The notes under the pieces are model-generated. The model had not been told where the DNA came from. It saw only the letters and a list, made by a program, of their open reading frames with translations, and did no database searches. Below are positions 45,975 through 55,929 of a stretch of 64,000 bases of DNA, piece after piece. Source of the DNA: Hyaloraphidium curvatum SAG 235-1 (Eukaryota > Fungi > Monoblepharomycota); assembly GCA_025558095.1 (NCBI GenBank), contig JAIVFI010000021.1, positions 1 through 64,000 of the forward strand, read 5' to 3'. Every line of letters starts with the position of its first letter. The stretch's first letter is position 1. The translations under genes were made by a program, and so were the position numbers.

Positions 45975-47801
45975 CTACAAGAGGTAGCCGGCCGGTCCGC
46001 CCATCACGGCCGCGAAAGACCTGCCCCTGCGGTCCCACACCAACTTCCATTCCTCCACCACGCCGTCGTCGGCCCTCGGGTCCGGCAGCATCTCCTCCTC
46101 CAGGACGAGCTCGAACGCCGGGTCGCACCCCGCGTCCTTCATCATCTTTGCCAGCCGCTCCGTGAACCAGAACCTGCTGTTGCGCCTGCGCTCCGAGGTG
46201 ATTTCGATCTCGAGGCCCTCGAGCTTGGGCGGCAGCCGCCCGCAGACGAGGTCGGCGACGCCTTGGAGGGACAGCGTCTCGCCCGTGTCGTCCGCGTCCA
46301 TGTCCAGGAGCACCAGCCTCCTGATCCACGCCGCGGAGGCGAGCTTGTGCCGGAGCCTGCCGAAAAACAGCAACGTCGGGGCGACGATCTCGGGCGGCCG
46401 AGCGGGGGAGCGCAGCAGGGCGGCGCAGTCCTGCTCAGTGAAGAGGGTGACGGATGCGAGCAGCGAGGCGGCACGCGGGAAGCGGGACGTGTCGGGCAGG
46501 CCGTGGTCGTTGGTGAGGAACCATTTCTTGAGGCTGGGGGCGCGCGATTCAATGAGCGGGAGGAAGGGCTCCGCGAGGCGGCCTTCCACGGTCTGGAGGT
46601 AGAGTTTCTCCAGGTCCCAGAACGCGAGGTTCATGCCCATCGCGCCGCACAGGCGCACAGTCTCGTCGTGGTCCATCGGCTTGATCGAAAGCTCGCGGAG
46701 CTTCTGGGCCGCGCTGGGATAGAGGGCAAAGTCCACCATCGCACCATCGTAGGTCCACGACTCCAGCTCGCCGGTTTCCGCGTGGCGCTCCAAAGCAGCA
46801 AGGATCTCGGCATAGGGAGCGCATGCAAAGGGGCTGGCTGCGAAGCAGAAGGTCTTGAGGCGGCCCGGGATGCTGGAGCAGCCGAACTCTGGCTGATGCT
46901 CGGCACCGATTCCGGTCTCTTGGACCCACACCAGCGGAGACATGCTGCCCTCATGTATGTCCAGATCCAGGTCCTCCAGGTTGACGAGCTTCTCTAGAAC
47001 GTCGCGCACGAGAAAGGCCCAGGCCGCGCTGTCGTCTGCAAGTTCTTCGCCTGCGAGCCCGGCCTGCAGCAGATTGGGAACGGTCACCGAAGCCTTCTTG
47101 ACGAACGCGTGCTCCCTCCGGTGCCCGGCCATGTAGCGAGACCAGACTTCCAGTCCACGGCCGCCGCCTGCCGTGGCGTCGATCGCGATCTGGCGGTGCA
47201 GCACGGGCAGCCCAAGCTCGCCGCTCGCGCGGGAGGTTCGCATCAGCCGGGCCAGGGTGGCGTCGGCGCCGGAAGCCTTGAGCGCCTCCATGATGGGCAG
47301 CAGCAGCTCGTTCGGCACCGCTGCAGGCCTGCTCGGGTCGTGGAAGAGGGCGTTGTCGATCAGAGCACTCGCGATGTTGAAGCAGGGGCTTCCTTGCCCG
47401 CCGCAGGTCGGGAACTGGTGGTCGTGCACCTCGAAAAGGTACTGATCCAGGCCCGGTTCACGAGCGCGACGAATGAACTTGGCGGTCGGCCGCTCTTGAG
47501 GCATGACTCCAGGCAGCGCCTTGCCGCAGCCCACGCACTTCCGGAACCGCGCTGGGAGCTGCGGCCACATGTGGACTCGGAAATGCTGGTTGACCGCCCT
47601 GAAAATGATGTCGCGGTTCCGCAGTCCATGCACTGGGTCGAAGGGGTCGAGCTGCAGCGGGTCGAACATCTCGTGCGGCCCGCCTTGGACCGCCACGTGT
47701 CCCGTTTGGTCGTGCACGTAGACCGTGTAGGCGAAGGGCCGCAGCCCGCCATCGCCCGCCGGGCCGGACTGCCCCTTGCCGCCTTTCTTCTTGCGAGGCA
47801 T
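45975..47801 (-). CDS. Intronless 608-aa protein: N-terminal Cys motif (CxxC...Cx6C), F-box-like motif, LRR-like C-terminus
   Basis: KCVGCGK...PTCGGQGSPC; VPNELLLPIMEAL...TLARLMRTSRASGELGLPVLHRQI; LxxLxL repeats (LVNLEDLDL, PSLKKWFL, PKLEGLEI). Confidence 0.78.
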   Translation of the reverse strand: MPRKKKGGKGQSGPAGDGGLRPFAYTVYVHDQTGHVAVQGGPHEMFDPLQLDPFDPVHGLRNRDIIFRAVNQHFRVHMWPQLPARFRKCVGCGKALPGVMPQERPTAKFIRRAREPGLDQYLFEVHDHQFPTCGGQGSPCFNIASALIDNALFHDPSRPAAVPNELLLPIMEALKASGADATLARLMRTSRASGELGLPVLHRQIAIDATAGGGRGLEVWSRYMAGHRREHAFVKKASVTVPNLLQAGLAGEELADDSAAWAFLVRDVLEKLVNLEDLDLDIHEGSMSPLVWVQETGIGAEHQPEFGCSSIPGRLKTFCFAASPFACAPYAEILAALERHAETGELESWTYDGAMVDFALYPSAAQKLRELSIKPMDHDETVRLCGAMGMNLAFWDLEKLYLQTVEGRLAEPFLPLIESRAPSLKKWFLTNDHGLPDTSRFPRAASLLASVTLFTEQDCAALLRSPARPPEIVAPTLLFFGRLRHKLASAAWIRRLVLLDMDADDTGETLSLQGVADLVCGRLPPKLEGLEIEITSERRRNSRFWFTERLAKMMKDAGCDPAFELVLEEEMLPDPRADDGVVEEWKLVWDRRGRSFAAVMGGPAGYLL

Positions 47802-48052
47802 CGGCGGGCGGCGCTCGGGACTGCGGAGTGTGTCGCCGGGGGTCCGAGTTGTCGTCGGAGGCGACGCGGCGGCTGGAGCGCCTGACTTTGGGACGTCCAG
47901 TCAACCCCATCGTTCATTTGGCCAAAAGAGGCATTGGAAACTCAAAAGCGTCGGAGCTACTTCTTTGAAGCTCGGATGGCGACGATTCCGGGCAGCGGAA
48001 AGGTCTCGCTTTTCTCGGAGCCCTCTACACGCCTCCGGGAAGGTTGCTCCAA

Positions 48053-48110
48053 CCCTCCTCCTCCTCCTCCTCCTCCTCCATCACCCCCCCCCCCCCCCCT
48101 CCTCGTCCTC
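48053..48110. repeat. (CCT)n microsatellite plus poly-C run
   Basis: Read directly from sequence. Confidence 0.9.
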
Positions 48111-48400
48111 CGACGATCCCCACTCCACGTACGGTATCGAAAGCTGCTGCAGCTTCGGGCACGAAATCTCGAGCTCGTCAAGGACGGAGGTCGGCGGCAT
48201 GCACAGCCCCAAGTCATCCGCAGGCGATCTGCAGCTTCTCCATTGAGCCCGGGAGCCTCGCATCCGCGGGGGCAAGGAACGCCCTGTCCTCCAAGGACCG
48301 CAGGCACAGCGTCTTCAGGCGCCCGAACGAACCGAAATGCGGATCCTTTGGCGCCTTGCTACCCTGCGGCCCGACAGTTGCGGCGGAGACGCTCGGTCTC
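48081..48400 (-). pseudogene. Frameshifted LRR-like fragment
   Basis: FGRLKTLCL...LPGSMEKLQI, frameshift near 48215, then LDELEISCPKLQQLSI; no start or N-terminal region. Confidence 0.5.
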
Positions 48401-49304
48401 TCGATCCCGGAATTTGAGCGAAGTCGTGGAACCGCCCGGCCGGCGTGAAGCAGCCCGGCCCGTTTGCCACAGTGGAGCACATGACACCGGTCCGCAGCGG
48501 TGCGCCGGGCAAAAGCTCGTGCCCTCAAGGTCCAAGCCTCGTCGCCGGCAAGCCGCGAGCAAAATGCAAGTGTGTAATTAATGCCCGCGGTCGAAAATGC
48601 AAGCGTCCGCCATCCTCAGTGGCATCATTCCGGGCGGCTTCGGTCGACCCTGGAAACGCCTCAGGGTTGGCATGAAGTGGCGTCGGCCGGGACGCGCCGG
48701 GCCCGCAGGCCCCGCGTGTGGGGCGCCAAGTCCGCGGCCGCCCAATCCGATCCGTTCCGGTGCCGACCCGGGGCCACGGGCCGCGGTTTGGTGCGGTGCG
48801 GACCATGCGGTCGGTTGTGGCGCAGCGGTCCCGATGCCGCCGTGCCGACGGACCGAACCGCCGCTCGGCCCCGCCACAACGCCGCCGGCCGATCCTGAAT
48901 CAAGCTGGCAGGCGGGATGCCGCAGGCTGCTATGGAGCAGTGCCGGCACTGCAGAGGACGCAGAGGAAGGTTCGAATCGAAGGATGCTGTGCGCCAAAGA
49001 TCCCCCCGACTCCCTAAAGGGATTGCCAATTGGGCTGGTGGCTGGGAATCAGCGCGCGCAAATCGGCTGCGGAGCCGCTGGCCGACACAGGGACCCCGAG
49101 GCGGGAGGCACCGGCGGACCCCTGGGGCGCCCGCACAATCGCCGGCGGCGTCGCGGGCAGCACCGAAGCAGTGGCCGGCCGCACCGCCCGTTGGGGGGCC
49201 GGTGCTGTGCCCGGTTCTCCCGCTCGGCGTCCCGGGCTGACTCCGGGTGCTGGCGGCGGCAGATCCCCTGCCTCAAGACTCGCCCGTCGCCGGGGGCAAC
49301 CGCA

Positions 49305-50213
49305 ATGGACACCGTGTATTACATCCTGCCGAGCGGGTCGCCGCGGGGCGGCGCCGGGCCGCTGTTTGCCTCGGCGCCGGGGGCGCCGCAGCCGCTCCCG
49401 TGCTTCGCGCCGCCGGGCCGCACCGCATCGCAGCCGTTCGGCCTCGCCAACCCGACGTACGCGCGCCATGCGCCGCCGCAGATGGCGCCGGCGGCCGCGC
49501 AGGCGCCGCTCGTGTTCCTCGACTCGCTGCCGATGGCGACGCCGCAGCCGGCGCCCGGCGACCTGCTCATCTACACACCGCTGCCCGCCGGCGCGCAGCC
49601 GCCGCTCGATGCCGACCCGCTGCTCGGCCTGGGCCTGTTCGACTCGCCGCAGCTGCCGTCGCTCGACTACGGCGGCCTGCCCGACGCCCGCTCGCTGCTG
49701 GGCCTCGACCACCTGCAGTCGCCGCTGCAGTCGCCGTCGACGCCCCAGCTGGGCATGATGCCGCTTCTCGACCGCCCTGCCACCGCCCCCGCGTCGCCCA
49801 ACCGGACCCGCAGCGGCCGCAGGAAGGCCAGCACCTCGTCCTCCTCGACCTCGCCGGCGCTCGCCCCGGGCACGCTCCCGGGCCCCGTCGCCCCCATGCC
49901 CAGGCGGCACAGGGGCGCCACCAAGCAGCCCGACGACATCCCGCCGCACCTGCTCGTCACCGCCGCCCGGACGCTGTTCTCCAAGGACCCGCTGCTGCTC
50001 ACGGGCGACGAGCTGGCCGCGTGCGCATCGTGGGTGCTCCAGCGGCGGGCGCAGAACACCGAGTACGCGAGGCGGCACCGCGGCAAGGCCAAGAGGAAGC
50101 AGGAGGAGCTGGAGGCGCGGGCGCAGGCGCTGGAGGAGGAGAACCGCAGGCTGAAGGCGAGGCTTGGGAGGAACAGGAGGCGGTGGAAGGAGGACGGCTA
50201 CGCGACCGACTGA
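49305..50213 (+). CDS. bZIP transcription factor (Gcn4/CPC-1-like basic region), copy 1
   Basis: RRAQNTEYARRHRGKAK (N-x7-R) followed by heptad LEARAQALEEENRRLKARL; Pro/Leu/Asp-rich N-terminus. Confidence 0.85.
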   Translation: MDTVYYILPSGSPRGGAGPLFASAPGAPQPLPCFAPPGRTASQPFGLANPTYARHAPPQMAPAAAQAPLVFLDSLPMATPQPAPGDLLIYTPLPAGAQPPLDADPLLGLGLFDSPQLPSLDYGGLPDARSLLGLDHLQSPLQSPSTPQLGMMPLLDRPATAPASPNRTRSGRRKASTSSSSTSPALAPGTLPGPVAPMPRRHRGATKQPDDIPPHLLVTAARTLFSKDPLLLTGDELAACASWVLQRRAQNTEYARRHRGKAKRKQEELEARAQALEEENRRLKARLGRNRRRWKEDGYATD

Positions 50214-50540
50214 CGACTTCGGGACCCGACAACTGCTCTGTTCCACAACTGCTTCGTCACTGGCCGCTGGCAAATCAAGGTTGCTTCCCTGGGGGAAAGT
50301 CGGGTTGTAGAATGTTGATGCGGACGCCGGTGCGCCCCGGAGGCGCTTCCGATGGTTCGCAGATTGTACAATGCGTTCCGCTGAACAATGGTCATTGAGG
50401 AAGATTGAGGTTCGGCGTTCTTTCTTGATGTTCGAGCTGGCAGCCCTCTGCTCCCGCCGTCCCTTTCTGCCGCCTGCGGTTCCCCCTTTTCCCGCCTCCT
50501 CCCCACTCCTGACGCGTATCCCGCCTTTGCGACGTACAAA

Positions 50541-51668
50541 ATGAGCGTTGCGCGACCGCCGACGGGCGGCGACGGCGTGTACACGCCTGCGGTCGTCGCG
50601 CGCATCCTCGCGCAGCTCGGCCCGCCCGCGGAGCACCTCTTCCTGCGCGCGTGCGCCGACGGCGACGCCGGCGAGGTCGACCGGCTGCTGCGCGCGACGA
50701 GCGTGTCGGTCGACTGCGGCGAGGACGGCGAGACGGGGCTGGTGCTGGCGGCCCGCGGCGGGCACGCGGGGGCGGTGCGGCGGCTGCTGCTGACAAAGGG
50801 GAAGAAGGGCATCGCAGTCAACGTGGCCTACAACGGCTGGACGCCGCTGCTGCTGGCCGCTCACGGGGGGCACGCGGGCGTGGTCGCCGCACTCGCTGCC
50901 GACCCGCGCTGCGACCTCGCGGCCCGCACGCCGGCCGGGGAGACCGTTTTGCACGTGGCCGCGAGGCGCAGTGCCTCCGTTCTCGAGGCCCTCCTTGCTG
51001 CGGGCTCACGGACGGGACCGGACGGTGTGGAGATCGACGCCGAGTCCCGTACCGGCTGGACTCCCCTCCTCCTCGCCTGCGTGCACCAGCGCGCCGCCGT
51101 GCCCTTGTTGCTCCGGCTGGGCGCCGATCCCACGCGCCGGACTCCCATGGGCAACACCTGCCTGCACCTCCTCGCCTCGCACGACCGCCAGGGCGACTAC
51201 CTGCGCCTGGCCTGCTCCTCCTCGGCCCCCGCCCTCCTCGAATCCACGATGACGGGCGGCTGGACCCCCTTCCACGTCGCCTGCGCGCGGGACAACCCCG
51301 CCGGCGCCGCGGCGCTGCTGGACGCCGGCGCGGACCCGGCGGCTGCGACGGGGGCGGGCAACACGGGGTACGCGCTGGCGGCGCAGGCGGGGAACAGGGA
51401 GCTGGTGCGGATGCTGCAGGCGAGGGGGGCGGCGGTGGTGCCGGGGAGGGACTCGGGGACCGCGGAGGTCGGGGAGGGGAAGAAGGGCGGGCGTGCGGAC
51501 AGGGAAGGTGGACGCGCGGGACGGGTGCCCGCGGACGGGTTCGGGACGCCGGCGCCAAAGAGGGCGAGGGAGGACGAGGTGGGAAGCTGGACGCCGGACG
51601 AGGGACCGACGCCGAAGCGGTCGCGGGGGCCGGGCGGAGCATGGTCTCCGGATTCGCCGGGGCATTGA
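50541..51668 (+). CDS. Ankyrin-repeat protein
   Basis: Repeated G-x-T-P/x-L-x-x-A units (GWTPLLLAA, GETVLHVAA, GWTPLLLAC, GNTCLHLLA, GWTPFHVAC). Confidence 0.93.
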   Translation: MSVARPPTGGDGVYTPAVVARILAQLGPPAEHLFLRACADGDAGEVDRLLRATSVSVDCGEDGETGLVLAARGGHAGAVRRLLLTKGKKGIAVNVAYNGWTPLLLAAHGGHAGVVAALAADPRCDLAARTPAGETVLHVAARRSASVLEALLAAGSRTGPDGVEIDAESRTGWTPLLLACVHQRAAVPLLLRLGADPTRRTPMGNTCLHLLASHDRQGDYLRLACSSSAPALLESTMTGGWTPFHVACARDNPAGAAALLDAGADPAAATGAGNTGYALAAQAGNRELVRMLQARGAAVVPGRDSGTAEVGEGKKGGRADREGGRAGRVPADGFGTPAPKRAREDEVGSWTPDEGPTPKRSRGPGGAWSPDSPGH

Positions 51669-51790
51669 CATTGACGGTGCATCTGCAACACTTCCAATAC
51701 CACGCGGCACTCTCCGATCAGAAAAGAGTGGCTGCCGTGCAGGTCATCGCAACCTTTTGAACGCTCCTTGGCTCATCATGCTTCGATCGC

Positions 51791-52896
51791 CTAGGCTGAA
51801 GCCGGATCGACTGCATCCGGACCGAGCCTTCCCCTCTCGAGCCAAGCAGCGCACGCCGGCTCGAGCTCCGAATCCACCATGTCGCGGTACCTCTCCAGGT
51901 CGGCCTCGCGGTAGGTCCCCCTCCAGCGCCCGACGCCGCTCCTGTTGAAGAACGTGTCCGCGCCGCCTCGGAAGAACGCGCCGATCCCCGGGGCGATCGC
52001 CTCGCCCTCCTTCTTCATCGACTCGAACCGGGCCGCGTCCACCAGGCCCGACCAGAGCGCCCCGTCACCGACCCCGATCCCCAGGAAGCCGGCGATGCGG
52101 CGCATTTCCCCGGACAGATCGGCGCACAGGTCGGCGTAGTGCACCAGCAGCACGTTTTCCCAGCCGCGCAGCGCCCACCACGAGGCCACGAGGTTGCAGA
52201 AGGAGGTGCAGGCGTAGGTCGCGCGCGGGTGCGCGACGCCTTTGCCGTCCGCATCGAGCCAGTCGGAGAAGAACTGCGCCGGATCTTGCGCGTGCTCGCG
52301 GGGGGCCCTGTGGCCCAGCTCCTCCGACGCGGTGTCGAACATGTCGTACAGGCCCGGGGTCATGGTGCGCACGTGGTTGTGCCAGGACAGGCAGGCATCG
52401 CGGCCATCGCGGGCGACGAAGATGTACCTGTCGCCGGCGTAGAGGGGCACCCCGTCCGCGGGCGTGTGGGTCTTGATCTGGCGGCGGTGCTGCATGCCCT
52501 CCAGCTGCGCGACGGAGGCGTCCGTGAGCGAGGCGATGCCCATGTCGATCCACGGCCCCGAGATGGGCTTGGGAGCGGGGTCCTTGAGCAGGAGGAGATC
52601 CACGATGCGCTGCATCCAGGTGGTGCCGGATTTGGGGTAGGTGGCCACGACGATGTCGCCGTCGCGGGGGACGTAGCGCTCCCACGCCCGGGAGTCGGTG
52701 AACCAACACCTGTACACGCGGAGTGCCGGTCGGACCTGCGATGCCAAGGGACGGGGAAGCGTGAGGTGTCACATGGGGGCGTTTGGGCCCGGGCACCCAC
52801 GAGACCGACGGCCGCCGAGCCGCGTGGAGCGCCTTCGGTCTCCCTGCCGACTATGGCTCCTTCCGCCTTGGCACTGGTCGCGCGCTCGATGTCCAT
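51791..52896 (-). CDS. PAPS-dependent aryl sulfotransferase (Sulfotransfer_1), bacterial-like
   Basis: 5'-PSB TYPKSGTTW, catalytic KTH, 3'-PB ARDGRDACLS, HYADL, FFNRSGVGRW; short first exon and intron 52800-52736. Confidence 0.92.
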
Positions 52897-53117
52897 GCTG
52901 TCTTTCAGGCCCTGAATTGCTGTATAGACAAGCGGGGTTCGAGAGAAGCGAGAGTCTAGCAAGTGATGAAGCCTCGGGTGAGTCGGTGGGCGATTCGATG
53001 TCCCCGATACAACTCATTTGTGGCAAGTGCATTTAGATATTTAAGATGTCCGGTCCGACCCGCGAGTGTTCGGTGACCAACGTTCACACCAGGTGCCCCA
53101 ACCGGATGCAAGCTCCC

Positions 53118-54647
53118 CTACGCCCTCCTCCGCATCCTCACCACCACCTCCCGATCCGGCGCCGTCACCAGCCCGTACTCCTTCCCCACCTCCCCCGCCT
53201 CCTCCAGCACGAACGCGTCCACGACCGCAGCCAGCACCGCGGCGGCCTCGGCGCGGGCGTACCGCGCGCCGGGGCACACGCGCCCGCCGGCGAAACCAAA
53301 GGGGGAGAATGCCGCCGGCGGGTGCTGCGCGGGGCCGAGGAACCGCCCCGGGTCGAACCTCCCGGGGTCGGGGAACGAGGTGGGGGAGTGCAGGGCGAGG
53401 CCGAGGGGTTGGACGATGGGTGTGCCCGCGGGGATGGTGTACGGCCCCACGGTGATGGGCGAGCGGGAGACGCGGGCGGCAAAGGGCGCGAGCGCGGACC
53501 AGCGCAGGGTCTCGTCGATGGTTGCGGAGAGGCGGGGGAGGGCGAGCAAGGCGTCGATGGGGATGCCGGGGCCGCCTGCGGCGCGGATGTCGGCGGCGAG
53601 GGCCGACTGCGCTTCGGCGTGGCGGGCGAGGAGGTAGAATGCCCAGATGAGGAGGTTGGCGCTGGTGTGAAACCCTCCGACCAGCATCGTAACCACATCG
53701 CCGACGCATGTTTCGCGGTCCAGACCGGCCTTGCGCAGCAGCGATGGGAAGCTAGCGTCCTTGTCCGCAGCCGTGGTGACCACGTCGCCAACGCGGGTTC
53801 CGCGGTCTGGCTTTGCCTTGCTGGCGTCTTCGTCCACGGAAGCCGAGTCCAGAAACCCCTCCGCGTGGGAACGCAGCGTGGCCAGCGCTTTCTCGTGGGC
53901 GCGCGTCCGGGGGTCGTCCGGGCCGGGCACGTCTCCCCCCAGGCGGAGCCGCATTTCGTCCCAGCACACGCCGTAGGCTTTCGCAATATCATCGACCTGC
54001 TCCGGCGACGGCAGGGTGCCGAACGCGGCGGTGCAGATGGATTCCAGGGCGGCGCGGTCGCAGTGCTCCTTGATCGCCACCTCGGCCGGCGCGGGATCGG
54101 CCGCGTCGACCGCTTCCTCAAAGCGCGCCACCATCGAGCCCGCGATCACCCGCATGGTGGGGAAGTGCGCCGCGACGGCGGCGTGCGACAGCGGGGGGTC
54201 GAACGTCTCCTTGCGCCTGCGCTTGCCCTCGGCGCCGTTGGCGTACTGGATCGAGCCGCGGCCGATCATGTCCTCGAACAGCGCAAAGAGCAGCGGCGGG
54301 CGGTCGAAGAGGCCCGCGATCTTTTTCCAGTCGCGCGGGTCGGCGAGCGACGCGACGTCCTGGCGGCCGAACGCGAATCGCGCGACGGAGCCGTGCGCGG
54401 CGTGCAGCTTCTCGAGATACTCGTGCAGCGAGCCCGCCGCGGCCATGTCGGGCAGGTTGCCGAGCGACGCGTCCTTTCGCTTCGGGCCGGGGATGGCGGG
54501 AGACGCGGGGGCCACGCCCACCAACAGCGCGCCGAGCGCCGCCGCCGCGATGAGTACCAGCGCCGAGAGTAGGATGGCTGTAAGAGGCACCGCGTCGGCG
54601 AGGAGGTCCGCGAGTCCCATCGTCGCGAGGAGGTCGGCAAGTCCCAT
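53118..54647 (-). CDS. Cytochrome P450, CYP20-like
   Basis: N-terminal anchor, GNLPDMAAAGSLHEYLEKLH, I-helix GGFHTS, ExxR ETLR, FDPGRF, haem motif FSPFGFAGGRVCPG; intronless. Confidence 0.92.
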   Translation of the reverse strand: MGLADLLATMGLADLLADAVPLTAILLSALVLIAAAALGALLVGVAPASPAIPGPKRKDASLGNLPDMAAAGSLHEYLEKLHAAHGSVARFAFGRQDVASLADPRDWKKIAGLFDRPPLLFALFEDMIGRGSIQYANGAEGKRRRKETFDPPLSHAAVAAHFPTMRVIAGSMVARFEEAVDAADPAPAEVAIKEHCDRAALESICTAAFGTLPSPEQVDDIAKAYGVCWDEMRLRLGGDVPGPDDPRTRAHEKALATLRSHAEGFLDSASVDEDASKAKPDRGTRVGDVVTTAADKDASFPSLLRKAGLDRETCVGDVVTMLVGGFHTSANLLIWAFYLLARHAEAQSALAADIRAAGGPGIPIDALLALPRLSATIDETLRWSALAPFAARVSRSPITVGPYTIPAGTPIVQPLGLALHSPTSFPDPGRFDPGRFLGPAQHPPAAFSPFGFAGGRVCPGARYARAEAAAVLAAVVDAFVLEEAGEVGKEYGLVTAPDREVVVRMRRRA

Positions 54648-55061
54648 CTCTGTGGAGTCGCGGGAGACAGAAGTCTGATTGGCACACCAGCTGTGGACAA
54701 CCGAGCGATCCTTGTAAATCGCGGTCTATCTCGTGTTAATCCGTGTCTGATTAGTCGTGGTGCTTGGATTCGTCGTTTGGGATGGGAAATGGTTTGCGTG
54801 GGCCGCTGGATGCTTCGACCCGCATGACCGCCTCGGGCGACGATGTGGGAAAGGCGGCCAAGGTTGGCTCCGCAACGTCTTCTTCGTCGCTACTGACAGG
54901 TGAAGAAAATCGAGAGGGGGTGGTTGGGTTGGATTTCGAACGCCGAGCTGCAGTCAAGTCATAGCCTTGACGCGGCCGCGATCTCGAGCGATCGACGCAC
55001 CGCCTGCGCGGACAGCTCCCCTCCAAACTGAGGCGCGAAACACCCGCCGGCCGTTGTGAAA

Positions 55062-55688
55062 ATGGACGGAGCTCCTGGCGTAGGCAGCCTCCGCGTCCTC
55101 CCCGGCCGCGCCGACCCCCGTCTTCCCCCGAAGGTTCCGAAAACTCCCACCGACCGCGCCCCGTCCCCCAGCCGTGGCAGCCAGGGAACCGCAACGATCT
55201 CGGGCACCGACGGCTCGTCCCCGGCGGCCGCGCGCGGAAAGCACCAAACCGCGCGCGCCGATCCCGCCGAGGAGCTCCGGAAGTTCAGGGCCATGACGGG
55301 GCGGCTGCGCCCCGAGGACGCGGACGCGGAGGAGCAGAAGGAGATCGAGGGGAAGATGAGGAGCCCGCGCGGGAAGGGGGCGGTCGGCGGGGAGGGCGGA
55401 GCGAAGGGGGGCGGGGATCCCCGCGGGGCGATCGCCGCCGCCCAAACCAAGCAGGGGGAGAAGGGCTCCGGCAGCGGCACGGAAGAGGAAAACGCTCACT
55501 TCGAGGTGCTGCCCGAGGAGAAGGAAGCCGTGAAGGTGCTCCACGCCGCGCTGGGCCTGCTGAACCTCGGATCAGGGGCAAACGAAGCAAAGGAGGCGCC
55601 GAAGATTGTGGAGCAGGACTCGGCGGGCACGCTGGACGCGGAGATCGCGTCGTTGGGGGGGCCGGAGGGGAGGGAGGCGCGCGAATGA
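55062..55688 (+). CDS. Hypothetical charged low-complexity protein (~208 aa)
   Basis: ATG-initiated ORF with GC3-rich codons and Glu/Lys-rich composition; no recognisable domain. Confidence 0.55.
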   Translation: MDGAPGVGSLRVLPGRADPRLPPKVPKTPTDRAPSPSRGSQGTATISGTDGSSPAAARGKHQTARADPAEELRKFRAMTGRLRPEDADAEEQKEIEGKMRSPRGKGAVGGEGGAKGGGDPRGAIAAAQTKQGEKGSGSGTEEENAHFEVLPEEKEAVKVLHAALGLLNLGSGANEAKEAPKIVEQDSAGTLDAEIASLGGPEGREARE

Positions 55689-55929
55689 TCCGGTCGGGGC
55701 AAGGAGTCGCGCTGGTCCTGTCGGTGTTGTCGGTTGTGAAAGAGATAGCAGCAATAGCAAAGAGTTAGGGAGAACAAAGTGGCCGAGGCAGTGGCAGAAC
55801 AAAGAGGCATCCTTCAATTCAACGAAACAGAACGACACTTAGCAACTTGGCCGCGGCAGATCAGCGAACCACTCCCGAGTCCGGCTCGGCTTCCCGAAAG
55901 GCACGCGCACCATCTTTCCGGCGCCCCGA

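Noticed and set aside
7216-54647. A single detoxification gene cluster (OYE, AKR, GST, P450, sulfotransferase)
   Set aside because: Spread over ~47 kb and interleaved with unrelated housekeeping genes; only the P450-sulfotransferase adjacency is kept as a finding.
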